In this document: in pieces, positions 9,616-19,867 of the stretch
How positions within the stretch are numbered: position 1 is the first letter of the stretch
Layout: every line of letters starts with the position of its first letter
Assembly: GCA_000442015.1 (NCBI GenBank)
Contig: KE561145.1
Location: 58,061 to 78,060, forward strand
Direction of reading: 5' to 3'
Origin: Rozella allomycis CSF55
Taxonomy: Eukaryota
Length of the DNA stretch: 20,000 nucleotides
The notes under the pieces: model-generated
What the model was told of the DNA's origin: nothing
Database searches by the model: none
What the model saw: only the letters and a program-made list of their open reading frames with translations
Made by a program: the position numbers and the translations under genes

Positions 9616-10200
9616 CTACTTGATATTATAAGTGATAGATGGATTATCATAGTCATCCTGCTTGGATATAATAGTTTCGTTTTCCAACGACAAGGATGAA
9701 ATGTGATAGATTTGATTTATTAGACGCTCTCGCAAAATTCTTTTGTCTAAATTTCGGGCCTGTTTTGATCATACCATTTTCTGAAGAACCAAGTTTAACA
9801 TTTAAAACCCACTTTTCTACCTTTTCAGATTGAACAGATGCATTAAGGATCCAGGACTTTCTTTCCTTTCTTTTTAATATTTCGATAACTATTCTCTCCT
9901 TTCTTTTTCCAATGTTCTTTACATTTTGTCGAACCTTTTGAGCGATTATGTCATTGTCGATTCCAAGTGTGGGCTATAATTAGATATGTAAGAATACTAC
10001 ATAGACAATGTCCAATTCTTTAAATTCTAAATCAACAGGCTCGCAAGGTACAATTAATCTATGGAATAGTATTGTATGAACAATGACTTAAAGTCCACAA
10101 ATAGAAAACGTTACCTAAAACGCAGCTTTCGAGTATCCCAGAGTTATATTCCTACATAATAAATTAGATCCTGAAGTACAATATCGATAGAGTATTCCAT
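9616..10200 (-). CDS. ATG101: Autophagy-related protein 101 (HORMA domain); not in the ORF track
   Basis: Removing introns 10179-10152, 10114-10087, 10000-9974 and 9774-9747 gives MEYSIDIEYNSGILESCVLVIVHTILFHRLIVPCEPVDLEFKELDIVYPTL...KRKERKSWILN...EKVEKWVLNV...ITYNIK*. HTIxFHR, the basic-SW finger and ExW are ATG101 hallmarks. Confidence 0.8.
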
Positions 10201-10432
10201 CAGATTCAAAGTATATTAAGCTATACCAAAATTTAATTCAAATTGACCGGCCATACTCATATTTTTAAACAATGTATATACAACTTAGCTATTGTTATTT
10301 AACTTTCAAAGAACAATCAAAAAAATCAGGTGGGATTTGGGAACTTTAGAACTCCGATCCTTTTTCGAACTCCTTAGATCGAGTTTCTCGATAACCGTGT
10401 ATATTGCTATTTTATTAGTAAAAACGAAAAAT

Positions 10433-12119
10433 ATGCTAAGTGTAAACAAAAATAGTAATACGCCGAATGAAATTGGGGAATGGGCAATTTTTTGAGTTTT
10501 CTCCTAGGCAGAGTGTTTTTAAGTTGACAAACTCGAGCAATGAAAATCTTGAAATGCCTTTATCTCGACAAAAGCAAAACGGGGATATGTGGATCAAAAG
10601 ATCCAATTTTAGTGCTAAAAGCAACGAAAAGAAGGCGGACTTGCAAAAGATAGGTAAAAAAATAGATAACTTGAACAAAGTTGAACAACAAGACTTGATA
10701 ATTAAGTACTATCAGCAGAAATATCCAAAGGAAAATCCTGACCCAGATTTGGAGTTTTTGAAAGCGATTCCGAGCCTTGATTTAACTGACATTGGCCAAT
10801 TTATGAAAGCTGAAAGCATTTGGAAGGCTTATCAGTCACAGATAAGCAGTCTTCAAAAATTACTTCAGGTAGCGTATGCTATTTTTGCTTAAGAAGGAAG
10901 AAATGAGTAAAAGAGACCGACAGTAATTAATATATATCTAAGATACAGAGAAGTGGATATGAGTCTTTCAAAAGTGGAAGTTTTAAGAAAAGAAAATCAA
11001 ATTTTACTTGAGCAAAACAAAAGGAATGAAGAAATTGTACTGAAATACTTTTCTTTGGTAGAAAAGCAAGCAAAGATGGAGAATGAATTCGCACGAATTC
11101 AAAAAGAAATCTGTTCGCTATCTGAATTAAACCAAATTTTAGTCAAGGAGAACAACATGAAACTTAAGGAAAATAGAGATTTGAATGAAAATATTGAAAA
11201 ATTGCGCATGACCTGCCAGGCATTACAGCATAATGAAAACACAATGAAAGCTAAGCTTCAATCAGTATGCCATGAAAGAGACAGCTATATGGACAAGTTT
11301 TCCCTTTTATCTAATCGAAGTTCCGTATTGGAGATTTGGATCAATAGCGTAGTGAAGCCTATCATAGAGGATTATAAAGAGTAATGGTTATCTAGTTACA
11401 AAATGTTTATAGATCATTGACATACTTGAATGTTCCTTTCCCTTATGACGAAGATTCATTCCCGTTGACTCCTGATGATAAATCAGAACTTGGCATATTT
11501 AAGCCGTTATCAGAAATTGCCAAGTCATTTGCTACAGAACGTAAAGGTAAACTATTATTTGATGTAAATTAAGAACTTCAGTCTCTTAGAGATAAATTGA
11601 ATGAAACAAAGAAGAAATTAAACACACTTGAAGTTAAATACAAAAACGATATTCACGTCGAGGAAATAATGAATCAAGAAGGGAAACTCCATATTGAAAC
11701 TTTGATGTCGATGGTAGTTTTATTTTAAGAACTAAATCAAGGCGGAAAAATGCAAAATTGAAAGAGACGATGCCCTGAAGAAGTGTCTGTCCCATGAAAA
11801 AGATCTGATTAAGGCACGACAAGAGTACCGCCTGCTGAAAATAGATAACCAGACGATTCTCGATCAAATAGTCCATGACACTAAATTAAGATTATCGGAA
11901 CTCGAAAATAGAGCCCAGACAGACAGAGAAAACTACGATACCATGATATCTCAATTATCGAAATCGAAAATTGACCTACAAGCCGAGGTTGGTATATTGC
12001 TTCGCGAAAAAAGACAAGTACAGGAAGAGTTGAGACAAGTTTACAACGATTGGGACAAAGCTAGAGGATCATTTTTACATTCTTTGGATGTCGCAAGAAA
12101 CGAATTTACAAAGACATGA
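10433..12119 (+). CDS. Long coiled-coil protein (possibly centrosomal/basal-body; family not securely identified)
   Basis: Exons rich in E/K/Q/L heptads join in frame across 25-32 nt GT-AG introns starting near 10869, 10923, 11381, 11547 and 11715, and end at TGA 12117-12119. The start is either ATG 10433 (needs a GC-AG intron) or ATG 10467. Confidence 0.75.
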
Positions 12120-12128
12120 AATAAACTT

Positions 12129-13950
12129 TTACATGAAAATTTCTTTATTAAACGTCAGATTTGAACGTTTAGAATGTTTTCCGAGGTTAGAAACACGATA
12201 AAAACCCTTTTTCGAGTGAACCCCAATTTGGGGTCGATGATCGAAGTTTCGAGAAAGAGACTTCACCGAAGATATGAGCTCAAATAGTTTTTCTTCATGG
12301 GAAAATAAAATAGACTCGTGATTAACATTATTATCAAGTTCCGTCAAAATTTCGGGCGGTTGCTCTTTTATCGGTTGCTTTACACGATTTAAAGTTTTGG
12401 CGTATCTAGGGATCCAGTATTCAATAAAATATGCCAGAGAATCATTTCTTTTAATAATTTTGTCATAATTGGTATTGTGAACCAGAAATGTTTTTCTTTT
12501 GACAGTGGCTTCTTGTTTAGCTAGATCAAAGTTAATAATGTCTGGAGCAGTATCCTTCAATTTCGTTCTTTCTGAAGTGAAGAAAAGGTCATTTAGATAG
12601 ATAGCTAATTATGCTCATTTGTACTCTATTACCCAGAACAGGGATGTGAGGCTGCCTTGACATAATAATCTGATTTAATGGTTCCCGCAATCTTTTGAAA
12701 TTATTAGACGGGTCCAATATTCCTTGTAGTAAACTTAAAATACCTTGCTCGTATATTCTAAGGTTTTGCCACTCCTTTCTCAGTTTATCGATTTCATGGC
12801 TATTTAAACCAGCCACTAATTCTGCTGCACCGCTGTAATTTTTCAACAGTAAACATTTATATGCTATACGACATATTTTAGAGAATATTAAGAACTGATT
12901 TCTTTTGTCTTTTTGGTTTGAAATTTCATAAACAACCCATGCAGCCATCTACAATACCAATTAATCATGTATACCGTATTAAAATGATTAATATAATTTA
13001 AAATATTTGGGGATTTTTGGATTTTGCTTTCAGACAACCATCCAAGGGAATCAAACTCGTCGCTCTTAATTTGGATCATCAAGGTCCTTTCAATCAAAGT
13101 TAACTGCTCTGCAAATTCTGATGATGAATATTTCAATAATTTATCTGTTTTTTCTGGATTAATATCATTTTGCAATCTCGAGAGTCCTTCACTAATAAAC
13201 TTTTTCAGTTTAATACCGACAGGCATCATTTGGCGATAATCAATGATGGGCGACTGAATTCTGAGGTTTTCATCGCCCATTAGAGGAATTTCGAGCGCAT
13301 GGAAACCAAGATCCATCAATGAATCCCGTCTTACTGCAGTATCTCTGCCTTTATTCTCAAGAAAGTACTTTATTGAATGTGCATGAAAAATATTAATGTA
13401 TTTCCTATATTTTTCATGCACCAGCAAGTTGTCTATTAATGATAACAAACGATTGGTCAAATTATCTGTAAAGTCTCTTTCGTATCGATTAGCTAGCCAA
13501 TAACGAACAATTACAAAAATTCTATGCGGCTATATTATATAGATTACTTTTTGAAAATATCTTTTCGTTTATCAGGAGCTGAATATGCCCAGCGAAGTCT
13601 TTGTATAATACAATCCAATAGTTCATCACTGGAAACATAATCTGTCATACGACTGAAAAACGCTATAATATGATCGTCATCTTTTTATGCAGTTTTGAGT
13701 GGTTGATACCTTTCACTGCAGAAGTTAAATAAATTAAAGCCTCGTGTCGGGTAGCTTTCGGGAGACTAAATGACATATTTTCAGCATTCGACCTTTCAAA
13801 CCACAACATATCAACATCTTCAATAGCTACAGGCCCCATATTTATATATACATTTCGATAATTATTCTTATCGTCAAAATCGAACACGTTTGCCTTATTG
13901 CATTCATAACCATCGATAATTGACATTATTTTGATATTAACTGTCAACAT
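12129..13950 (-). CDS. Ras-family guanine nucleotide exchange factor (REM + CDC25 domains; REM resembles Lte1-type)
   Basis: REM: FFSRMTDYVSSDELLDCIIQRLRWAY...IFVIVRYWLANRYERDF. CDC25: EFAEQLTLIE, SPNILNYINHFN, WVVYEI, LKNYS, NNFKRLR, PHIPVL and IINF. Four 26-29 nt introns. The start could be 13950 or 13926. Confidence 0.88.
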
Positions 13951-14082
13951 AAACAGGGACCAATTTCTTTTCCAGTGGAAAAAATATATTTATAATAATA
14001 TATTATCATCTTGTTTAAAGATTCATCCATAAAAGGGATTGATAACTCATAACATATTAATGTTTGCATAGATACAAAGCAC

Positions 14083-15165
14083 ATGTCGAGTCACGATATA
14101 TCACTGGAAGAATTCTTCAGGATTAATTTAGAAAAAAAATTGCTCATGTAATTTTTGGTTTTGATAAATAATAAGAAACGTTCCTGAAGCAGATGACACA
14201 GAGTTGACCTCCGGAACACGCTTACTTGAAGTCCGGCGCCAGACTCAAGAAATAGATCAAGGATTGGCTTTCCAAAAGGAAGAATTTTCTTTAAAAATGG
14301 AAAATATAGAACAAAGAAGAATTGAGCTTATGAAGAAGAAGGTAACATTAGACGAGAGCCTGGAGAAATTTGACAAATTTTTAAAGGTAACGTCTTAAGC
14401 ATTAATTTTAAAAGGAAAATGATGCCAAAAGACAACGAGCTTTAAAAAAAGCAACAGATGAAGAAAAACAAAGGCAGTTAAAAGAGGTGGAGCTTTCTAC
14501 GTTGAAGGAGTTAAGTGCCCACGTCATAGAAAGAAAAGATATATCCGATCAAATAAAAAACAGAGGTAGATATTTGAAATGAATCAAAAATAAGATTTTT
14601 TATACCATAGATTTCTTGAAGGTACAATCGAGCAAACCCAAGACTACGATGAAATAAAAGATCTTCTTGCAAGATACGAAACACTTATTACCACTTATAA
14701 TGACCTACTATTGCGATCACAAGAGGCCCAGGAAAGTATTGAAAAGGAAAGGTCCAGACTAGTTCATCTTCTTGAAGTACTTTAATTTTTAAAACAGAAC
14801 AGGCTAAAAACGACACGATTCTTTCCCATAACAATGAATTATCTAGACTTCATGATATTCTAGAGATTGCTCAAAGAAAAACTGTTATGATGGAGCATGA
14901 AATAGACAAGAAAACGAAGGAATCAACTCAGAGAACTTTGATTCTTGGAAAAGTAAAATTGTAGCAAAGTTATTATATAATCAATTATAGGGCTTCCAAT
15001 AACCTATACATGCTTATACGCAACAATTTCAATTCTAGAATGATCAATACAAATGATACAATGACCCAGCTCAAAAAAATACAGCAGACTATCATAGATT
15101 TGTCAGAAATAGTACATGAAAGTAATTCAGAGAGACCCCTTTTATCAGCAAAAATATTGAAATAA
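14083..15165 (+). CDS. Cilia/flagella-associated coiled-coil protein, CFAP73/CCDC42 (DUF4200) family
   Basis: LTSGTRLLEVRR...QKEEFSLKME...LEKFDKFLKENDAKRQRALKKA and DEIKDLLARYETL match the CCDC42/CFAP73 pattern. About five tiny introns. Confidence 0.85.
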
Positions 15166-15225
15166 ATTGAGAAATTTCATTTATTGCGGCTTAGTAAACT
15201 ATCGACCCCGGACAAAAAAAGTAAA

Positions 15226-15729
15226 ATGTCTGACGAATTTGAAAACGAAACTTTTGAGGTATTTTATTTTAAGTCTTACATATAGTCTGCAGATGCGGGT
15301 GCGTCTCTTTCATATCCAGTTCAATGTTCCGCTCTTCGCAAAAACGGTTTTGTGAATATTAAAGGTCGTCCTTGCAAAATTGTTGACATGTCCACTTCTA
15401 AGACTGGTAAGCACGGACACGCAAAAGTCCATCTTGTCGGAATTGATATTTTCACTAATAAAAAATATGAAGATGTTTCCCCATCCACTCATAACATGGA
15501 TGTCCCTCGCGTTAGCCGTCAAGAATACTCTTTGCTTGACATCGATGATGGCTTTTTGTCTTTAATGACTCCATCAGGAGAAACTAAAGATGACTGCAAG
15601 CTCCCAGAAGGAGAAATTGGTGAAAAGATCAGCGCAGAATTTGAAGAAGGAAAGGAACTTTTAGTTACTATTGTATCTGCTATGGGTGAAGAACAATGCA
15701 TTTCTTACAAAGAAGCACCAAAGAATTAG
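15226..15729 (+). CDS. eIF5A: Translation factor eIF5A
   Basis: [11 protein letters not shown], intron 15259-15285, then SADAGAS...[10 protein letters not shown]...[14 protein letters not shown] (hypusine site). Confidence 0.97.
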
Positions 15730-15907
15730 ATAAAATAAATATTGTTGCTTGATTGGATATTTATGTCGGTATATATAATGTATTTTAATATTTACATTTT
15801 TTGGAGAAATGATGAAAGGGCATAGTGTTCATTTTTTAAACATCATTGGTCAATCAATTTTTTGTGAAATTTTGCCTTTTCTTTAGTCTTCAAAATTTTA
15901 AAACCCT

Positions 15908-16913
15908 ATGTCTGTTGTTTCAAAGGTTTTGAATTATCCAGTGGACTTGTGGTATTATTTATTAGAGACAATGGTTGAACTCAATATGACAAATGTGGAT
16001 ACCACGAGCTCGTAATCTTATTCCACAGAATGCATCTTAGAATCTTAATCGCTTCCACAGTTAATATCATGCATATTATTTTGCAACTAATGAAGGAAGA
16101 TGAATATTTAGAGACTGACGAAGATTTACTTTTGAATAATCGGTTCTCTTTCACGAGTATTTTGGAAGTAGCACTTGCACTTTTTAGTTTCATAAACACG
16201 ATATGGCTATTTAGCTCATACAAAATATATCAACTATTTAGCGCACTGGTAATGAGAAATATTTAAAATATATAAAGGACATTCCAAACTCACCAAATAT
16301 ATCTAGGGTTGCTCTCTATAAGAATGAAATATATAAATGGCCTAATCTAATGCCCGTGAGATTTTTGTAATTCATAGCTATTAGAAATATAAATAGAAAG
16401 GCAATATGGAATTTGCTAAAATCCTCCAAGAATGCGACAGAACAAAGTATCCATCACATAATCCAGTTAAAGATATGGGTATGAATTACATTTTATGACT
16501 AACAGAGTCCATCTGTGTTTAATCTTTATTTTTTTGCGATATTTTCACCTGTTCATTGCTACTTATTATACAATCTTTCATCATCAGACTTGCGCTTCCT
16601 CATGCCTTTGAATGTTCTTTTATCATTTCAATTCATAATTTTGATTGACAGGTTTCTGGTCGCTATCAAAGACCAACAAATAAAGTTTAACGAGGTATAC
16701 AACGAATATGACACCAAGTTTGTCAAGCCAAGACTGTCCATTCGAAAATTTAGGACTGGTAAAGAGGAAGAAGTATTCGATTCTCCATTTACGCCATTAT
16801 TTTTAAAGAAAAAAAATTCCGCATCTGACAGGGCATTTCATAGCCCTTCATTTCGCTTGCACAAAACAGCCACTCTGGACGATAATGATCTTTTACCCGA
16901 TGTTAACTGTTGA
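15908..16913 (+). CDS. NUR1: Nuclear rim protein Nur1/Mug154 (DUF2418) family membrane protein
   Basis: YPVDLW, SFINTIWLF..YKIYQLF, PNSPN, LKIWSPSVFNLYFFAIFSPVH and KDQQIKFNEVYNEYDTKFVKPRL. Introns are 16012-16040, 16249-16277, 16367-16396 and 16479-16505. Confidence 0.8.
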
Positions 16914-17045
16914 TTGACTGATAAGACATAAATGAAGAGCTCTTCCTCTTTTCTATAAATAAGTAATAAAACTATGGCTTGAAGCATAACCGATTTATTT
17001 TTATATATCGACGGTCAATGAAAGTCTTGCAAATATATTTTTAAC

Positions 17046-17845
17046 TTTATCGGACGGGGAGGGGAGTTTACGACCCGGACTTCAGAAACGATTATTGGCA
17101 AAATGAGTGAATGCCATTTTCACTTCGAATATACACTCACTTTAAGGGATTTACACCGTGAACCAGGGTGGTTGTCGAGTGGTGTGTGTGTGTGTATGTG
17201 TGTCTGTAACCATTTTTTGCTTCCGTTTTCTCCCAAATTTGGTCTTTGAAATCAGAACATGCAATATATAAAGTAATATTTATTTTCAGTCCGTATAGTA
17301 AAGGTAGTTGTTGAGATATAGATGGCGGAAGTTTTGGAAGCGGCATGTTGGATTGCTCATTAATATCGTCCATATGTGTCTAATTACAATTTACATATAA
17401 ATAAAATTAAATTAATAAATTGTTCTTTTATCTACTTTATTAGCGTTTTAGAGACATTAAAATCGCTTGTTACACTTAGTTTTGAGTCCCATGGACAGCA
17501 TAGTGTAGCATTTAAAAGTATACAATTGTATAATTATTATTATATTAATTTAAAGATAAATGTTTTTATTAGAACAAGATAAATGGAGATTCGGGATTCG
17601 CAGGAGGAAACTGGAAAACGGTAAATGAAGGTCACAGGCGATAAAAGAAACCGGTAAAATGAATTCCTGAATGTTTTGAATATAGATAGATAGATTCTAT
17701 TTTAGGCGATTAACGCTAATGTAAAAAAATGATTAGACAGAAAACAGTTGTTTTGTGTGAAAAAATTTATTGATAATTATAAACTCCCCGTCCGATTTAA
17801 CGAGCACTGCGAGACTTGTTGAGTCCCGACTGCTGTTGAATTTTC
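17046..17845. mobile_element. Non-autonomous element with inverted repeats, microsatellite and 3' hairpin (HINE/DINE-1-like, or a MITE)
   Basis: ATCGGACGGGGA(GGGGA)GTTTA at 17049-17070 is inverted to TAAACTCCCCGTCCGAT at 17780-17796. There is an internal GT repeat and an imperfect hairpin at 17804-17833. No coding capacity. Confidence 0.6.
17182..17203. repeat. (GT)n microsatellite
   Basis: gtgtgtgtgtgtgtatgtgtgt. Confidence 0.9.
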
Positions 17846-17870
17846 AATTAGGAAATAGCTGAATCAAGAA

Positions 17871-19049
17871 ATGCACCAGACAATTCATCAGACAATATCT
17901 CACCATGCTCTTTTAAAGTGGTATTCACCTTCGACAAAATTGATTGAAAGATTAATTTACCCAGTCTTTGTAAGCACAGAGGAAAATTGTTATGAAGACT
18001 TGATGTACTTACCAGGACAAAAAAGGTATAAAAGGGTTTAAGTAAATGAATAGAATAGGGACAAAAAGATTGTATAATCATTTAAAACCATTAGTAGATG
18101 GTGGTTTACAATCGATAATTCTATTTATTTCTTCTGATAGCATTCACAAGGTAATCAGTATATATTTGTAGTAATTTACAGGACGAAGAAGGTTCATTCG
18201 CAGATGACTCTGTAAATCCTGTAATTAAAGCCATTGGGTTGCTAAAGGAGTGGTTTCCGAGACTTCTAATCGCCTGCGACGTGTGTGTTTGCGCGTACAC
18301 AAGCCATGGCCATTGTGGTAAACAATAATAAGTTTGATGTTAGGGCTTACTTTGGCGAACGGAAACATTGATAATAGCAGATCGATCAAGAGGCTAGCGG
18401 ATATCGCTTTAGCTTATGCGCAAGCAGGTAGTTGGATTGAATGTAGATTATAGGCTGTGATGTTGTAGCACCCTCAGACATGATGGACAATAGAGTCATG
18501 GCAATCAAAGAGATCCTCAGGGCCAATTCTTTATCTTCGACAGTAACCATGTAGTATAATCATGATAGGTATCAATACTTTCGTATGCAGCCAAATTTCA
18601 CTCATCACTTTACACCCCTTTTAGAAAAGTTTCATCTTCAAGTCCTCTCTATGGAGATCGATCAAAATATCAATTGCCGTTTGAGTCGCATTCGGTTGCG
18701 ATGAAGTCAATCGTAAGCATTATTACCCTTTTTCATAAGAAAAGAGATATCGAGGAAGGAGCGGATTTCATAATAGTTAAACCCGGTCTTTTTTACTTGG
18801 ATATTGTTTGCAAGGCTAAAGAACTTTTCCCATTCACACCGGTTGCAGTGTACCAAGTTTCAGGGGAATATGCTGCAATTTATCATGCTTCAAAAGCAGG
18901 AATACTCGACTTGGACCAAACTATTCATGAATATTTATCAGGTTGCATCAGAGCAGGTATGAGAATGAATACTTTTGTATATAGGAGCCTCAATGATCAT
19001 TACCTATTTTGTTCCCCAAATAATTTTTAACAAAAACCACGAATATTAG
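17871..19049 (+). CDS. HEM2: Delta-aminolevulinic acid dehydratase (porphobilinogen synthase)
   Basis: LIYPVFV, LPG, Zn site [27 protein letters not shown] and VKPG (the two catalytic Lys), YQVSGEYA and IITYF. Seven 26-31 nt introns. Confidence 0.95.
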
Positions 19050-19095
19050 CAATATTGACTACAACCAACAATGAATAAACAAAATGGTTTTTTTA

Positions 19096-19551
19096 TGTTG
19101 TACCAGGGATTCCTTGGATTCATTATCGTAGAGAGGAGTCATAATTCTCAAAGGATCTCTTAATCCTGACAGATCTCTATTCTGATACTTATAGAAAGAA
19201 CCACCATATAAGACTACAAGGAGATATCAATAAATAGAACTAAATGTAATAGAATAGGTTAGTTGACAAGTAAAAGGCCCGGGTCTTAGTTTAGCCACTA
19301 CATTATCCCGTCCATTATGAAGGAGAACCGCGGGGAAGGCAAGATCTGGGTGACTGATGAACAAGATCTTGCTTGACACCATTTGATATGTTCCTAGTGG
19401 CATTTGTTTGGAGATGAAGAATGGGCCATCTCAAATAGACTAAACTTCTAGAATAAATCTTGCAAGTTTCTATCTTATTTTTCTTCCTTTTAAACGAGTG
19501 TTCATCATTGCTTTTGGCGGGAAACCTGAAGTTGCTCTAAGAGGGTCAGTA
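19096..19551 (-). mobile_element. Degenerate Ty3/Gypsy 3' end: integrase GPY/F relic, polypurine tract and ~207-bp LTR (19096-19302)
   Basis: The minus strand reads SI*DGPFFISKQMPLGTYQM (GPY/F-like), then GGACGGGATAA directly before TGTAGT...ACAACA, with an internal TATAAG and AATGAA. Confidence 0.62.
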
Positions 19552-19762
19552 GGATACGTCGGTTCGTCACCCGCCTATAGTCGGGTCGTCACACCCCAAA
19601 GTAAGGATGTCACCCTCATTTGGTGGCTCGTCACCCTACATGTAAAGAGAGCACCCCGGTTCGGGGGGTTGTCACTCTACAACATAAAGTCGTCACCCTA
19701 GATCAGGTCAGCACCCCACCAAAAATTTTTGTCACCCTGGTAAATGTCGGCTCAGCACTCTA
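19552..19762 (+). repeat. Array of ten degenerate GTCGGnTCGTCACCC units at ~21-bp spacing; probable complex terminal repeat of a Mutator-like DNA transposon
   Basis: Cores (GT/AG)CAC(C/T/A)C begin at 19566, 19588, 19609, 19630, 19650, 19671, 19692, 19710, 19731 and 19754. Confidence 0.7.
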
Positions 19763-19867
19763 CAGGTGATCCAGTTGAGCAGGAAGTGGTACAGGTGATA
19801 CCGCGAGGAGTATCATACGAGCTAGTGTCTTAGGTGAATGCTGTCGGCTTGAAGATATTACGAGCAG

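Noticed and set aside
13941-14030. Extra upstream RasGEF exon from ATG 14030 via a 20-nt intron
   Set aside because: The intron would be shorter than all others and has a poor donor, and the segment looks like an AT-rich divergent promoter containing the CCCTG motif.
17137-17582. ORFs 17137-17373 (-) and 17376-17582 (+)
   Set aside because: They translate a microsatellite and AT-rich filler inside the putative element, with no protein features.
1343-18081. Antisense or alternative-frame ORFs in the track (e.g. 1343-1585, 3179-3655, 4220-4558, 9362-9607, 15310-15701, 17848-18081)
   Set aside because: They are shadows of well-supported genes on the other strand or frame.
6183-19049. Heme/iron gene cluster (redox fusion plus HEM2)
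   Set aside because: The two genes are about 9.5 kb apart with seven unrelated genes between them, so there is no evidence of functional clustering.
19498-19701. 67-aa ORF or coding heptad repeat
   Set aside because: Repeat spacings of 20, 22 and 23 break the frame, and the ORF spans two unrelated elements.
19552-19762. CRISPR array
   Set aside because: The repeat cores are only ~7-15 nt and degenerate, the spacers are ~6-14 nt, there are no cas genes, and the context is eukaryotic.
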